DNA from: an uncultured delta proteobacterium
GTDB taxonomy: Bacteria > Desulfobacterota > Binatia > JACPRU01
Length of the DNA stretch: 64,000 bases
NCBI GenBank assembly: GCA_963745025.1
Contig: CAVUWD010000015.1
Coordinates: forward strand, 36,441-100,440
Direction: 5' to 3'
The notes below the pieces were generated by a model, which was not told the DNA's origin, did not search any database, and worked only from the letters and a program-made list of their open reading frames with translations. Shown here one piece after another: positions 41,523 through 51,670 of this stretch (positions are counted from its first letter, which is position 1; every line of letters starts with the position of its first letter). The position numbers and the translations under genes were made by a program.

Positions 41523-43088
41523 TCAACCCCGGGCATAGAACTCGAGATCGGGCGAGATGAAGTATCCCGCGAACATCGGATCGAGCCGCCGGTAGAGCTC
41601 GCGATTCAGGAATTCGCCCTCGAACCGGCGCACGAGGTGAAAGCCCGTCTCGCCGCGGCGCAGGCGCTGGTAGGCGGGCTCGAACGCCGGGTGATGGTGG
41701 CGCTGGTGGCGCCAGTAGAGAAGCGAGGTGATCTCGACGAGGTCGAAGTCGTTGCGCTCGTGAAGGCGATCGACCCATGCCTCGCTCACGCCGGTGACGA
41801 CGATCCGCCGGTCGGTCGGAATCGCCATGTACGGACTGAAGCCGCAGGCGAGCAGGCGCTCGCCCGGCTTCATCGTCGTGTCGAGCCACCGCGCCGCTTC
41901 GATCCGCGTGTCGTTCCGCAGGCGCGACGTCGTCGAGAGCGTGAAGAGGCTCGTGTAGCCAAGCGTCACCGCGACCGCCGCGACCGCCGCCGCACGGCGC
42001 CGGCGCGAGGGGTCCTCGAGCCATTCGCCCTGCCAAACGCCCGCAAGCATGGCGCCGACCACCACGACGGGCATCTGATAGCGGAGTGGCGTGAACGTCC
42101 AGCGGCCGAGGATCGCGAAGAAGAGAGCCGCGAACCCGACCACGATCAGCCGTTCGCGTCGTGGGTGACGGAGCGTCCAGAGCGTGCCGGCCGCCGCGCT
42201 CAGGTAGAGCGCAAAGCCAAGGCTGAAGGGGAACCCAGCGAACAGCTCGTAGACGTACTTGTGGTACTGCCATCCCGGAGCCGGCAGGCTGAAGCCGTAG
42301 TGCAGGCTGTGGACGTGCTCGTACTCGGACGCCATCGCCGCGCGGAACTGCGCGAAGTGGAGGAAGCTGAACGGCGTCGCGGCGAAGCACGCCAGCAAAG
42401 CGACCACGCCGAGCGCGAAGAGGCCCGCGATCGTCGAGCGCTCGCCTCGGCCGGAGAGCGCGGCCGCGGCGAGCGGCGCGACCGCGACCAGCGCGGCGGT
42501 ATACTTGCTCGCGACGCCGAGTCCGATGGCGAGCCCCGTCCAGGCGTAGTCCGCCCATCGTCCGTGCGAGAAGAGGCGCAGCGACAGCGCGAGCGCCGCC
42601 ACGATCCAGAACGTCATCACCACGTCGGTCACCGCGAAGTGGCTCTCCCAGACGTGCAGCGGGAGCAGCGCCACCCAGAGGCCGGCGAGCGCCGCGCCGA
42701 GCGTCGAGGCGCCCATCTCCGCCACGACCCAGAACGCCGCCGGGGCGGTCGCCGCACCGAACGCCGCGACGATCGAGCGCGCGACGATATACGACTGCCA
42801 GGTCTCGGAGACGAGCCCGACTCGCGTGGCGAGCCCGTTCGCGATCGCGATCAGGTAGATCAGGAACGAGGGGTAGTTCAGGAACTTCGGATCCGGCTGG
42901 TCGATGGAGATGGCGAGCGCGTGGCTCATCACGTGTTCCATCTCGTCGGGATGGAGGTCGATGCGAGTCGGCGCCCCCCACTGGAGGCCCCAGAATCGAA
43001 ACGCCGCGGCCAGCAGGAAGAGCGCCAACGCCACCCAGCGTTGGTTTCCCGCGGTGCCGGCGCTACGCATCATCGAGCTAGCGTCCAT
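41523..43088 (-). CDS. GT-C (ArnT/GT39/GT83-like) glycosyltransferase
   Basis: RFWGLQWG.P..HPDE, NYPS, SHFAVTDV, GLGVASKY, TPF; multiple transmembrane segments. Confidence 0.85.
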   Translation of the reverse strand: MDASSMMRSAGTAGNQRWVALALFLLAAAFRFWGLQWGAPTRIDLHPDEMEHVMSHALAISIDQPDPKFLNYPSFLIYLIAIANGLATRVGLVSETWQSYIVARSIVAAFGAATAPAAFWVVAEMGASTLGAALAGLWVALLPLHVWESHFAVTDVVMTFWIVAALALSLRLFSHGRWADYAWTGLAIGLGVASKYTAALVAVAPLAAAALSGRGERSTIAGLFALGVVALLACFAATPFSFLHFAQFRAAMASEYEHVHSLHYGFSLPAPGWQYHKYVYELFAGFPFSLGFALYLSAAAGTLWTLRHPRRERLIVVGFAALFFAILGRWTFTPLRYQMPVVVVGAMLAGVWQGEWLEDPSRRRRAAAVAAVAVTLGYTSLFTLSTTSRLRNDTRIEAARWLDTTMKPGERLLACGFSPYMAIPTDRRIVVTGVSEAWVDRLHERNDFDLVEITSLLYWRHQRHHHPAFEPAYQRLRRGETGFHLVRRFEGEFLNRELYRRLDPMFAGYFISPDLEFYARG

Positions 43089-43413
43089 GGAGAGCGCACG
43101 TCACCTCTGCGACACGGTCTCGGATGGATACGAGCGCCCCGCAGGCAAGCGCCGTGCGCTCTTCGGCGCCCTGCTCTCGCTCTGCGGCCTGCTCTTCCCT
43201 GCGCTCGCGGCGGAGGCCGCGACCCACGTGATCGGCTATCACCCGCCGGTCTTGCTCCCGGACTCGGTCCGCGCGCAGTACCAGACCCTGCCCGACGCCC
43301 CCTTCGTCCCAAAGTGGTATCGAGACCTTCGGGTCCATATCTCAAACGCGCCATTCCCAGGGGCTCCGCACCGATACCGATGTAGATGTTACAGGCCACT
43401 AGTCGCTTTCTAA
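43087..43413 (+). pseudogene. N-terminal fragment of a membrane-anchored protein (SGNH-associated-like)
   Basis: KRRALFGALLSLCGLLFPALAAEA anchor followed by early termination. Confidence 0.3.
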
Positions 43414-43457
43414 GGTAGGAGCTCGAGGCCGCCTCCTGTTTCATCCAGCCCGCGGGA

Positions 43458-44429
43458 TCAACCCGCCGGTCGCCGCCCGACCACCTGCGTGCTCGGCTTC
43501 GTCCGCCGCGCGACGACCGTGAACATCGGCATCGGACGACCGCTGTGCTGTTGGCTATGAAGGGCCACGCGACTGTCCTCGAAACCTAGAATGCCGAGAA
43601 GCTCCCGGACGACGTGCGGGCTCAGCTGCCACCAAGCGTCCTTCGGCTCGCGGCGCCGATAGTCGGGCAGAAGCGTCAGGATCGGCAGCGCTGCCATGCG
43701 CTCGCCATACTGCCGCAGGTGCTCCTCAAACTGGCGTAGCCAGACTTCGTTTTTCCAGAGCGGATCGCCGCAGATTCGCTGCGCGAGCCGCAACACGTGC
43801 CTCCGCCAGCCGGCGATGGCGGGCAGCCTTGGCGCCGGCGGGGGCAGCGTCACCGGCGGCATCCAGAAGGGCTCCGTGACGATCACCGTCTCGCGCACCA
43901 TACGGAGCGCACTCGCCAACGCTAGAAACGGATCGCGGAGGTGAAGGAGGATGCAGCCGAACATGGCGACGTCCACCGTACCGATGGCTCCGGGAACGTC
44001 GTAAACGTCGCCGTAGACCACGCGGGCGGACGACTGGAACGCGCGATGGCAGAGCCACCAGCCGTTGTTCACGAGGTGGATAAGCGAGCTGTACTCCGCC
44101 GCCATGCGGCGGAGGTCATCATCGGGAAACACTACGACGTTCTGCAGGTGCGCGTGCTCGGGCGAGAGATCGTAGGCGACAACGTCCGCCCCTTGCCTTT
44201 CCATGTGGAAGCACACGAAGCCGCTCGCCGTACCGAGCTCGAGTACTCGCTTGCCGCCGAGGGGCACGTGGCCAAGATAGTCTCCGATCGCCGCGCGGAG
44301 GTCCCACGGACCTTCGACGAGCCCGTACCCCGGAACCTCGATCGTGTGGTAGAAGAAGCAGTCCTCCAGCCGCGTCACGACGCGCGGGGCTGCGTATGGC
44401 GCTTGGCCGGCTAAGAGGCTTTCGCTCAT
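43458..44429 (-). CDS. Class I SAM-dependent methyltransferase
   Basis: CFFYHTIEVPG, GKRVLELGTASGF, ILLHLRDPF.AL. Confidence 0.85.
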   Translation of the reverse strand: MSESLLAGQAPYAAPRVVTRLEDCFFYHTIEVPGYGLVEGPWDLRAAIGDYLGHVPLGGKRVLELGTASGFVCFHMERQGADVVAYDLSPEHAHLQNVVVFPDDDLRRMAAEYSSLIHLVNNGWWLCHRAFQSSARVVYGDVYDVPGAIGTVDVAMFGCILLHLRDPFLALASALRMVRETVIVTEPFWMPPVTLPPPAPRLPAIAGWRRHVLRLAQRICGDPLWKNEVWLRQFEEHLRQYGERMAALPILTLLPDYRRREPKDAWWQLSPHVVRELLGILGFEDSRVALHSQQHSGRPMPMFTVVARRTKPSTQVVGRRPAG

Positions 44430-44804
44430 CGCGTATTTGCGCGGCCGTCAAAGCGCACCGGTCGCTCGAGGTCAAGTTGACCTCGGGACTCATTTCCGTC
44501 TTCTTCTCGGCGAACGACTTTGTCGGGCGTTGGTCGCTCTGCTCGATGCGCATCGGCTTCGACCTCACCCTGCTCGCCGGCGCCTCCGTTCATCTGATTT
44601 CGATGCTCGCCTGGCCGTACTTGCAATCGTCAGCCTGGCCGATTGCCTCTGGCAGTCCAAAGCCCTTTGGGTTGAGCGATGCGTTCACCCTCCAGAGCGT
44701 GCGGCGACCGCTACCGAGTTTGAACCACGTGGTTCAAACTCGGGCTCTACGTAGGCCGAAGTGGGACGATCCGAGCAAGAAAACCCTTAGAAATTCGCAC
44801 CTAC

Positions 44805-44833
44805 TCGAGGGTTCGAATCCCTTCTGCTCCAAC
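44805..44833 (+). other. tRNA-Ala-like 3' fragment (att-core-like) within the island 1 right arm
   Basis: TCGAGGGTTCGAATCCCTTCTGCTCCA is a T arm plus acceptor 3' strand with U70 (G3:U70 Ala identity). Confidence 0.6.
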
Positions 44834-45017
44834 CTCGCCGATGCCTTAGAGCTTTGGAGTGCCCTCAGGCGAGAAAGGGTTCGGTTTTTTCGCTGCGTCG
44901 GCAGACGATGGATCCGGTGCTTGATCTGTAGTTTGGCCCTCGAGGGCTAAGCTACCCCTGAACAGCCACATCCAGCATCATCGGCGGCGAAATTCTCTTG
45001 ATTTTCCGCGGTCGGCT

Positions 45018-45046
45018 GTGGGTTCGACTCCCATCCATCTCCGCCA
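45018..45046 (+). repeat. tRNA-Sec 3' duplication (junction of island 1 and island 2, attP-like)
   Basis: GTGGGTTCGACTCCCATCCATCTCCGCCA, identical to 28878-28906. Confidence 0.95.
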
Positions 45047-45149
45047 TTTTCCGTCGGGGTTACGTGGCGTTTGGCCCTCGCGAGGGCCAAACGAGGGCCC
45101 AAGGTTCCCTTTTTTGCCTGAAGAGCGGTGCACCGAGCCCTCTCGAACC

Positions 45150-45290
45150 ACGCTCCGGATCGCCGAGCCGCTCGGCCTCCTCGAAGCTCTTGAGCCGGGC
45201 GAGCTTCGCCCGGCTCATTACGGTGGCTACCGCCCCGAAGCTCACCCCGAGGCTGCGCCATGTGAGTTCGCTCGGCGGGCAAGTCGCAAC
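45150..45290 (-). pseudogene. IS21 IstA N-terminal HTH fragment
   Basis: RSLGVSFGAVATVMSRAKLARLKSFEEAERLGD resembles IstA N-termini. Confidence 0.5.
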
Positions 45291-45496
45291 GCCGCATGTG
45301 GCCAAGCGGGCTCCCACCTCGATGCGCCGCGACGACGATCGCCTCGGGAGGGCTCGTAGGCAAAATGCGGCCGCACAATGGCTAGGCGACTTCTGGGACT
45401 TTGTTCCGGCTCAGAAACTGAGCCAAGGCTAGAGAAAATGTCTGGAGTTTGGGAGGTTGGGAGGACGTCGCACCTGAGGGTGAGTGCTCAGGGCGG

Positions 45497-45545
45497 ATCA
45501 CCTATGTTCCCGGTTCAATGTGTTACCCATGTTCCCGGTCGCAAC
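45497..45545 (+). mobile_element. IS481-like terminal repeat remnant
   Basis: Tandem (T)CACCTATGTTCCCGGT ... TGTTACCCATGTTCCCGGT, as seen at IS481-family ends. Confidence 0.55.
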
Positions 45546-45687
45546 CGCCCCGTTCCACGCGATGCCTCACCCATTGCTCGGCGCCGGGCCGTGACGCTCC
45601 CGGAACGAGCGGTGCTCTGCGTCTGGCCCGTCTCGTTCAGCCGCTACGCCGAGGTCGACTGGGTCGAGATCTCGCACTCGCTCGTCG

Positions 45688-47793
45688 GTGATTGACGCCG
45701 CGATGCTCGCAAAAGACGATCTCGCCGGTCTGCCGGGTCCCGCGCTGCTCCTCGCCGGAGGCGTCGCGGTGCTCATAGGAGGCTTCGGCGCGACCGCGTC
45801 GATCACCGGGATCGCCTGGGGCGCCCTTGCCGCGGCCGCGGGCGCCGCGCTCGTTGCCGCTAGCGTCCGGCGCGGGCGCGCGCCCTCGGATGCCGTCTGG
45901 ATCGCCGCGGGAGCGATTGCGCTCGCGTTCGTCGCGTTCTCGGAATCGAGCGCGCGGACGTTCGCGCACCTGAACGCGCGCTCGGTGCGCGGGGCCTGGC
46001 CCTACCTCGCGGGAGGCGGCCTTCTCGTGGCGCACTGGTTCGGGCGCGATCCCGATCGGCGTGGCTGGGTCCTGTTCGCCGCCGTTCAACTCTGGCTCGT
46101 GCTCACCTTCCACGACGCCACCGGCGGCGCGCTCGTCACCTCCGACGACCTGCCGTCGTTCCTCTACCGCCTGCATCTCGAGCGCGACGCGTTCCCGCAC
46201 CTCGTCTTCTGGAACCCGGAGTGGAACGGCGGCTACGCCAGCTACGAGCTCGTCGCGACCGGCGCGATCAGCTTCTTCCTGCTTGCATCGCCGTTCCTCG
46301 CGCTCGGTGAACTCGTCGATACGTTCTCGGTCGCGCTCCCGCACGTGTACTTCGTCGTGCTCCCGTGGAGCTACTACCTTGGGCTTCGAGCGTTCGGTGT
46401 CGCCGCCGGGGCGGCCGCTCTTGGCGGCATCGCATCGCTCGCGCCGACCACGCTGCTATTCCTCTACGCGCTCCACTTCGGCCTGCCGCCGTTCGTGATC
46501 TCCTGCTACTTCGCGGTCGTTGCGACCGGCCTCTTCGCGCACGCGTTTCTCGTCGGCCGGACCGATCTCGCTGGTCTCGTCGCGCTCGTCGCCGCAACGA
46601 GCTTCGTGCTCCTCTGGCCGCTCGGCGCGCTGATCCTGCTGCCGGTGATCGGCAGCGCGGCGCTCGCCGCGCGGCGGTTCAAGTCGGCAGACTGGAGGCG
46701 CGCAAGCGCGGTCGTGGCCGCCCTTCTCGCGCTCCACCTGCCCTGGGTCTACTGGCTCGCGATCTACGGCGACTCGCGGCAGCATCTGGCGCGCCAGGCG
46801 AGCCCGATTCTCGGCGGCGTAGATTGGCCGGGGACCACGCTCGCGATCGGCCGGACGCTCGAGCAGTTGAACCCGGTCGTCGCCGCGTTCGCCCCGGTAG
46901 GCGCCGTCCTAATGCTCCGCTGGCCGCCGGGACCGAAGCGAGCCGCCGGGGCCCTCCTCGTGGCACTTGCGGCCTGGAATTTCGTGATCGGCATCTTCGC
47001 GAACCAGATCCGTACGGACGTCGGCCTGGAGCGCTTCGCGATTCCGGCGAGCCTATTTCTCGCCGCGCTCGCGACGGTCGCGTTCGACCGCCTCCTCGAG
47101 TACGGCGCATCCTGGATCCGGACGGCGATTCTCGGCACTGTCGTCGCCGTGCTCGGGGCGAGCGTCGCCGGCGCCGCCTCCTTCTACCGGAACGAGGGTA
47201 TCTATGGGTACGAAACCTCGTCGCCGGCGCTCGAGCGCATGGTCGACGCGATCCGTACGCATTGCGACCCCGAGCGCCGGGTGCTCGTTCCCGGCATCTC
47301 GGTGCACTGGTTCGGCGGCGGCCACATGGCGCCCCTGCCGCTGCTCACCGGCCGAAGCTTCGTCGGCAACGACTTCTACCACCGCCGCGACTTTCGCGAC
47401 GCCGTGCCGAGGAAGTTCCAGAGCGGCGAAGCCTTCCGCCACTTCCTCGACCTCTGGAACGTCGGCTGCGTCCTGAACCACCTGCCGACCTGGGCCGAGA
47501 CGCTCGCGGCGAGGCCCGATCTCGCTGCGGTCGCGGACGAGGGCGGTATCACGCTCTACGCCGTACCCGGGGCGTCGAACCGGTTCCTGCGGGGCTCGGG
47601 CCGCGTCGAGGAACGGCCCGGAGCGCTCGTCGTCGAGACCGGGGACTCGGAGGTCGTGATCAAATATCGCTGGTCGCCGGCACTGCGCACCGATCCGCCA
47701 GTGCCGATCGCAGGGGAGCGGATCTACGGCGACGTTTCGTTCATCCGACTTCGCCCCGGCGGGCACCAGCGCGTGGAGATCACACTCCGATGA
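45688..47793 (+). CDS. Polytopic membrane protein, GT-C/YfhO-like
   Basis: SDDLPSF...WNPEWNGGY loop, many transmembrane segments, periplasmic C-terminal domain (ERRVLVPG, FLDLWNVG.V). Confidence 0.7.
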   Translation: MIDAAMLAKDDLAGLPGPALLLAGGVAVLIGGFGATASITGIAWGALAAAAGAALVAASVRRGRAPSDAVWIAAGAIALAFVAFSESSARTFAHLNARSVRGAWPYLAGGGLLVAHWFGRDPDRRGWVLFAAVQLWLVLTFHDATGGALVTSDDLPSFLYRLHLERDAFPHLVFWNPEWNGGYASYELVATGAISFFLLASPFLALGELVDTFSVALPHVYFVVLPWSYYLGLRAFGVAAGAAALGGIASLAPTTLLFLYALHFGLPPFVISCYFAVVATGLFAHAFLVGRTDLAGLVALVAATSFVLLWPLGALILLPVIGSAALAARRFKSADWRRASAVVAALLALHLPWVYWLAIYGDSRQHLARQASPILGGVDWPGTTLAIGRTLEQLNPVVAAFAPVGAVLMLRWPPGPKRAAGALLVALAAWNFVIGIFANQIRTDVGLERFAIPASLFLAALATVAFDRLLEYGASWIRTAILGTVVAVLGASVAGAASFYRNEGIYGYETSSPALERMVDAIRTHCDPERRVLVPGISVHWFGGGHMAPLPLLTGRSFVGNDFYHRRDFRDAVPRKFQSGEAFRHFLDLWNVGCVLNHLPTWAETLAARPDLAAVADEGGITLYAVPGASNRFLRGSGRVEERPGALVVETGDSEVVIKYRWSPALRTDPPVPIAGERIYGDVSFIRLRPGGHQRVEITLR

Positions 47794-49724
47794 GCGCGCG
47801 ATGGCTGACCGGGGAGTCTGCGAGAGCTCCTTGGCTCGCCCTAGCCGCGGTGGTCGTGGTGTTCGCCGCGGCGCACCTCGACCTCGGCGCGATGGACAGC
47901 TTTCGAACGACCTGGGAGGCGGTCGCCTCCGGCGCCGAGCGCATCCCCGCAAGCGGCCAGGTGGCGATCTGGGAGGTGCCCCGCGACGTCGTGGTCGCCG
48001 AGCCGGCCACGGTTCTCCACCTCGCGGAGCGCGTGGGCTTCGCCGGGTCGGCGTCCTTCTGGCTGCTCGCCGCCGCGCTCGGGGTCGTCGGGGCCGCCGG
48101 CGCGTTCGCCATCGGGCTCGACCTCGGGCTGGCGCCGCCCACCGCCGGTCTCGCGGCCGCCGCCGCGGGATCGCTCTTCCTCGCTTCCGGACAGGGCCTC
48201 TGGGGAACGCTCGCCGCGGCGCCGCTCATCTGGGTCGTGCGTGGCGCCGTCGGCGGCCGCGGTCTCGCCCTCCCGATCGCGGTCGTGGCGCTCGGCGTGC
48301 TCTCGCGCCCGGGAACGCTCCTCGCCGTGCCGGTGCTCGTCGCCGGGATCCTCGCACGCGGTACGACGTCGACGGTGGCGCTCTCGCTCGCGCTCACGCT
48401 CGGTTTTGCGATTCCGCCCAACGAAGTCGACTGGGCGCGCTTCCTCCGCCTCGACGCCGGTCACTACTTCGCCTACGGCGCGCCGTACGGGCTTCCGGAC
48501 CGCGGCTACCGCGCGACGCTCGCCGCCTCGATTGGGGCCGTGCGGGGCGACGGGATCGCGCTCGCCGCCAGCGTCGCTGCGTGGGGCGCGGCTGCGGTCG
48601 GAGCCGTGCGCACCGGGCGACGCGGATGCGCGTTCTTCGTCGCGGCTGCCGCCTTCGCCGCACTCGTGACCCATCCGCCGGGTCGCCTCCACGAGTCGGC
48701 GTCGTCGCCCGCCGCGTTCCTCGCAACGATCGCTCCGTCGCTCCAGGTCTACGACCTCGCGCGGATCGGCGGCTCGATCGCCGCGCTGCTCCTGCCGCCG
48801 CTCGCGGCGCGCGGGATCCGGAGGACGCTCGCCGCCGCCCTCGCGATGCTCGCGCTCGTCGCCCTCGGCTGGCGCGGTGGGAACGAGGCGGGAACCGGCG
48901 TCGAGCCGATCGACCGGCAGCTCGCCGAGATGATCGCGGCGAACCCGGGCCGCGTGCTCGTGCTGCCGCTCGGGGTCGCGTCGGACGGCGCGTGGCAGAG
49001 GGCAATCCCCCCCGGGACCGGGCTCGCGAACGGATCGCAGGAGCTGCTCGCACGGAACGCGCCGATCCTAGCGCGCGAGTTCGCGCTCGCCGATGTCGCG
49101 AGCCTGAAGGAACTCGCCGGCAGGCTCCACGTCGACCGCGTGCTCTTGCCGCGCGGCTGGACGTGGGAGCGGGGGCAGGTGGTCGGCGCGGGCGGGGGAC
49201 GGCTGCTCGTTGGGCTGCCGCAGCGCCAGCCTGCGAAGGCTCCGAAGCCGCTCGAGTGCCTCCCGACCACTGGTTGGAAGGCGACCTCGAGCGTCGGCAA
49301 TCCGAGCGTGTCGATCCCGGAGCGCGCGATCGACCGCGACGTCGACACCCGCTGGGGAACCGGAGCCCCGCAAGAGCCCGGCTTCTTCTACGAGATCGAC
49401 CTCGGCGGCGAATACCGGCTCGACCGCCTGCGCATCGACTTCACAGGCTGGCGGCGCGACTTCCCGCGCGGCTTCCGCGTGCTCGTCAGCCAGGACGACG
49501 GCTCGGTCGCCGTCGTCGCCGAGCGCGATCCTTACTTGGGCGAGCTCGCCTGGGGGCTCGACGGCTCGTTCCCATACGACGACGGCGCTCAGGGCGGCCG
49601 GATCGAGATGGGTCTCGGGCGCACCCGGGGGCACCGCCTCAGGATCGAGCTCACGCGCGGCGCGCGCTTTTACGACTGGTCGATCGGCGAGCTCTGCCTC
49701 GCCGGCGAACGGATCGAGCCGTGA
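47790..49724 (+). CDS. Polytopic membrane protein (GT-C-like) with a C-terminal discoidin domain
   Basis: ATGA overlap, many transmembrane segments, GRVLVLP, WKATSS...AIDRDVDTRWGTG.PQ.PG..EIDLG...DFPRG...DWSIGEL. Confidence 0.75.
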   Translation: MSARWLTGESARAPWLALAAVVVVFAAAHLDLGAMDSFRTTWEAVASGAERIPASGQVAIWEVPRDVVVAEPATVLHLAERVGFAGSASFWLLAAALGVVGAAGAFAIGLDLGLAPPTAGLAAAAAGSLFLASGQGLWGTLAAAPLIWVVRGAVGGRGLALPIAVVALGVLSRPGTLLAVPVLVAGILARGTTSTVALSLALTLGFAIPPNEVDWARFLRLDAGHYFAYGAPYGLPDRGYRATLAASIGAVRGDGIALAASVAAWGAAAVGAVRTGRRGCAFFVAAAAFAALVTHPPGRLHESASSPAAFLATIAPSLQVYDLARIGGSIAALLLPPLAARGIRRTLAAALAMLALVALGWRGGNEAGTGVEPIDRQLAEMIAANPGRVLVLPLGVASDGAWQRAIPPGTGLANGSQELLARNAPILAREFALADVASLKELAGRLHVDRVLLPRGWTWERGQVVGAGGGRLLVGLPQRQPAKAPKPLECLPTTGWKATSSVGNPSVSIPERAIDRDVDTRWGTGAPQEPGFFYEIDLGGEYRLDRLRIDFTGWRRDFPRGFRVLVSQDDGSVAVVAERDPYLGELAWGLDGSFPYDDGAQGGRIEMGLGRTRGHRLRIELTRGARFYDWSIGELCLAGERIEP

Positions 49725-51670
49725 GCGCGCGCGCCCGCACGCTCGCCGTCGTCGCGGCGGCTGTCGCGGTCGGCCTCGCATACCGGCTACTCGTGCTCCG
49801 TGGCCTGTTGGGCAGGCTCCGCGGCGACCACGCGGTGGTCGCGCTCATGGCGAAGCACATCACCGAGGGCCATCACTACATCTTCTACTGGGGCCAAAAC
49901 TACATGGGCTCGCTCGAGCCCTACACCATCGCGGCGCTCGTGCGGCTCTTCGGGCTTTCGGACGCGGTTGTGATGACCGGCCCGCTCCTCTGGGGCCTCG
50001 TCCACCTGCTCACGTTCTATCCCCTCGGCCGCCTACTCTATGACAGGGCGGTCGGCGCGGTGACCCTGGTTGCAGCCGCACTCGCACCGCCGCTACTAGC
50101 GCTGTGGCACGTGGAGCCGCGGGGCGGCTACGCGGAAGGTCTCGCCCTCGGGCAGCTCGCGCTCGTGATCGGGATCTGGCTCGCGCGCGACCGCCCGCGC
50201 GACTGGGGCACCGGGGCGGCGCTCGCGCTCGGCGTCGTGGCTGGTCTTGGTTTCTGGACGAACCTCCTGGTCGTCGACTATCTGGTCCCGGCGTGCGTTT
50301 TGCTCTTGTCGCGCGATCCGAGCGCGCCGCTCCGGCGCCACACCTGGGTAGCGCTCGCCGGCTTCGGCCTGGGCAGCCTGCCGCTCTGGGTGCACACCGT
50401 CGCACAGGGCTTCTCGGCGTTTGCGATCATCGGCGGTCGGGACGGCCATGTGTCGGTCGCGAGGAATGCGCTTCACCTCTGCTCGCAAGAGGGGCCGGTT
50501 GTGCTCGGCGTCGCGCGGCTCGACGGCTTCGGGGGTCTCGTCGGCGGATCTGCAGGAATCGCCGCCGCTGCAATCATGGTCGCGGGGATCGGCTGGAGCA
50601 CATGGCGAGCGCGCCACGGCCTCCTCGACCTCGTCCGCCTGAGCCCCACGGCGCCGGGCGGGGAAATCTGCGTCCTATTGCTAGCGACCGTCCTCTGCCT
50701 CTACCTGCCGACGCACTTCGCGACGTGGAACGCCCCCCGTTATCTCCTGCCGGCGTACGCGGGCATTCTGCCGCTCCTCGCCGCGGCCGGCGTCGACCTG
50801 TGGCGCCGCTCGCGGCTCGCGGCGACGCTCGCAACGCTGTTCGTCGCGGGCGTGGTCAGCGCGGGCGCTCGGGCATATCTCGTAGCTCTCGCGGCACCGG
50901 ATGTCTATGCAGACCGTCTCGGCCGGGTTCTGCAGCTCCTCGCTACCGAGCGAGTGCACCAGGGCTTCGCCGACTACGACGAGGCGTTCCTCCTTACCTA
51001 CCGGTCGAACGAGCGCTCGTTGATGCTCGAACGAGAGATGCACCGCTACCCCCACGAGGAGATCGCCGACTGGAGGCCCGACGCGGTGCTCGCCCGACGC
51101 GAGTTCGCGGGGGCCCTGCAGGACGCGTTCACAGCGCTCGATTGCGCGTTCGAGCACCGCGACGTCGGCACCTACACGCTCTTCTACCGGATCCACCCGA
51201 GGCACCAGACCGCGCCGATCGCCGACCGATCGGCGTGGACCGCGACTGCGAGTGATGCGCCGGAGAACGCGCACTTCGCGATCGACGGCGACCTCCAAAC
51301 CCGCTGGGGTTCGGCTCGGCCTCAATCGCCCGGCATCTGGTTCGAAGTCGACCTCGCCGGCGAGACCGAGGTCGGCGGCGTCGTGCTCCGCTCGGGACGC
51401 TTCGGTCACGATACGCCGCGTGCGATCCGGGTCGAGACCCGCGCCGAGGATGGCGTCTGGAGCCCAGCGGTCGCCCTCGACACGCCCGCTGTCGGCCTCG
51501 TGCTCTCGAACGGAGCGATCGATCTCCGGAGCGAGGCGACGATCGAGATCGGGTTCTCGCCCCGTGCGGCGCGCGCGATCCGGATCTCGCTCGCGGCCGC
51601 CGACCGAAAGTGGGACTGGTCGATCGCCGAGCTCGCGGTGAAGGAAGCGCAGCCGGCAGCGGCACGATGA
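49721..51670 (+). CDS. GT-C (ArnT/PMT-like) glycosyltransferase with a C-terminal discoidin domain
   Basis: GDHAVVALMA, YWGQNYMGSLE, GFWTN, PRYLLP, AIDGDLQTRWGS..PQ.PG.WFEVDL...DWSIAEL. Paralog of 38432-41011. Confidence 0.8.
   Translation: MSARARTLAVVAAAVAVGLAYRLLVLRGLLGRLRGDHAVVALMAKHITEGHHYIFYWGQNYMGSLEPYTIAALVRLFGLSDAVVMTGPLLWGLVHLLTFYPLGRLLYDRAVGAVTLVAAALAPPLLALWHVEPRGGYAEGLALGQLALVIGIWLARDRPRDWGTGAALALGVVAGLGFWTNLLVVDYLVPACVLLLSRDPSAPLRRHTWVALAGFGLGSLPLWVHTVAQGFSAFAIIGGRDGHVSVARNALHLCSQEGPVVLGVARLDGFGGLVGGSAGIAAAAIMVAGIGWSTWRARHGLLDLVRLSPTAPGGEICVLLLATVLCLYLPTHFATWNAPRYLLPAYAGILPLLAAAGVDLWRRSRLAATLATLFVAGVVSAGARAYLVALAAPDVYADRLGRVLQLLATERVHQGFADYDEAFLLTYRSNERSLMLEREMHRYPHEEIADWRPDAVLARREFAGALQDAFTALDCAFEHRDVGTYTLFYRIHPRHQTAPIADRSAWTATASDAPENAHFAIDGDLQTRWGSARPQSPGIWFEVDLAGETEVGGVVLRSGRFGHDTPRAIRVETRAEDGVWSPAVALDTPAVGLVLSNGAIDLRSEATIEIGFSPRAARAIRISLAAADRKWDWSIAELAVKEAQPAAAR

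Larger units (their letters stand above)
28907..45046. mobile_element. Genomic island 1 integrated at tRNA-Sec (no intact integrase)
   Basis: Bounded by the tRNA-Sec gene and its 3' duplication at 45018-45046. Both end arms are homologous to those of island 2. Confidence 0.8.

Noticed and set aside
44805-44833. A possible complete tRNA or tmRNA gene
   Set aside because: Only the T arm and acceptor 3' strand are present. There is no D arm, anticodon arm, 5' acceptor strand or CCA.
46365-51670. Very long overlapping ORFs (1119 aa and 1289 aa)
   Set aside because: Their N-terminal halves are Arg-rich shadow frames of GC-rich genes. The real starts are at 47790 and 49721.
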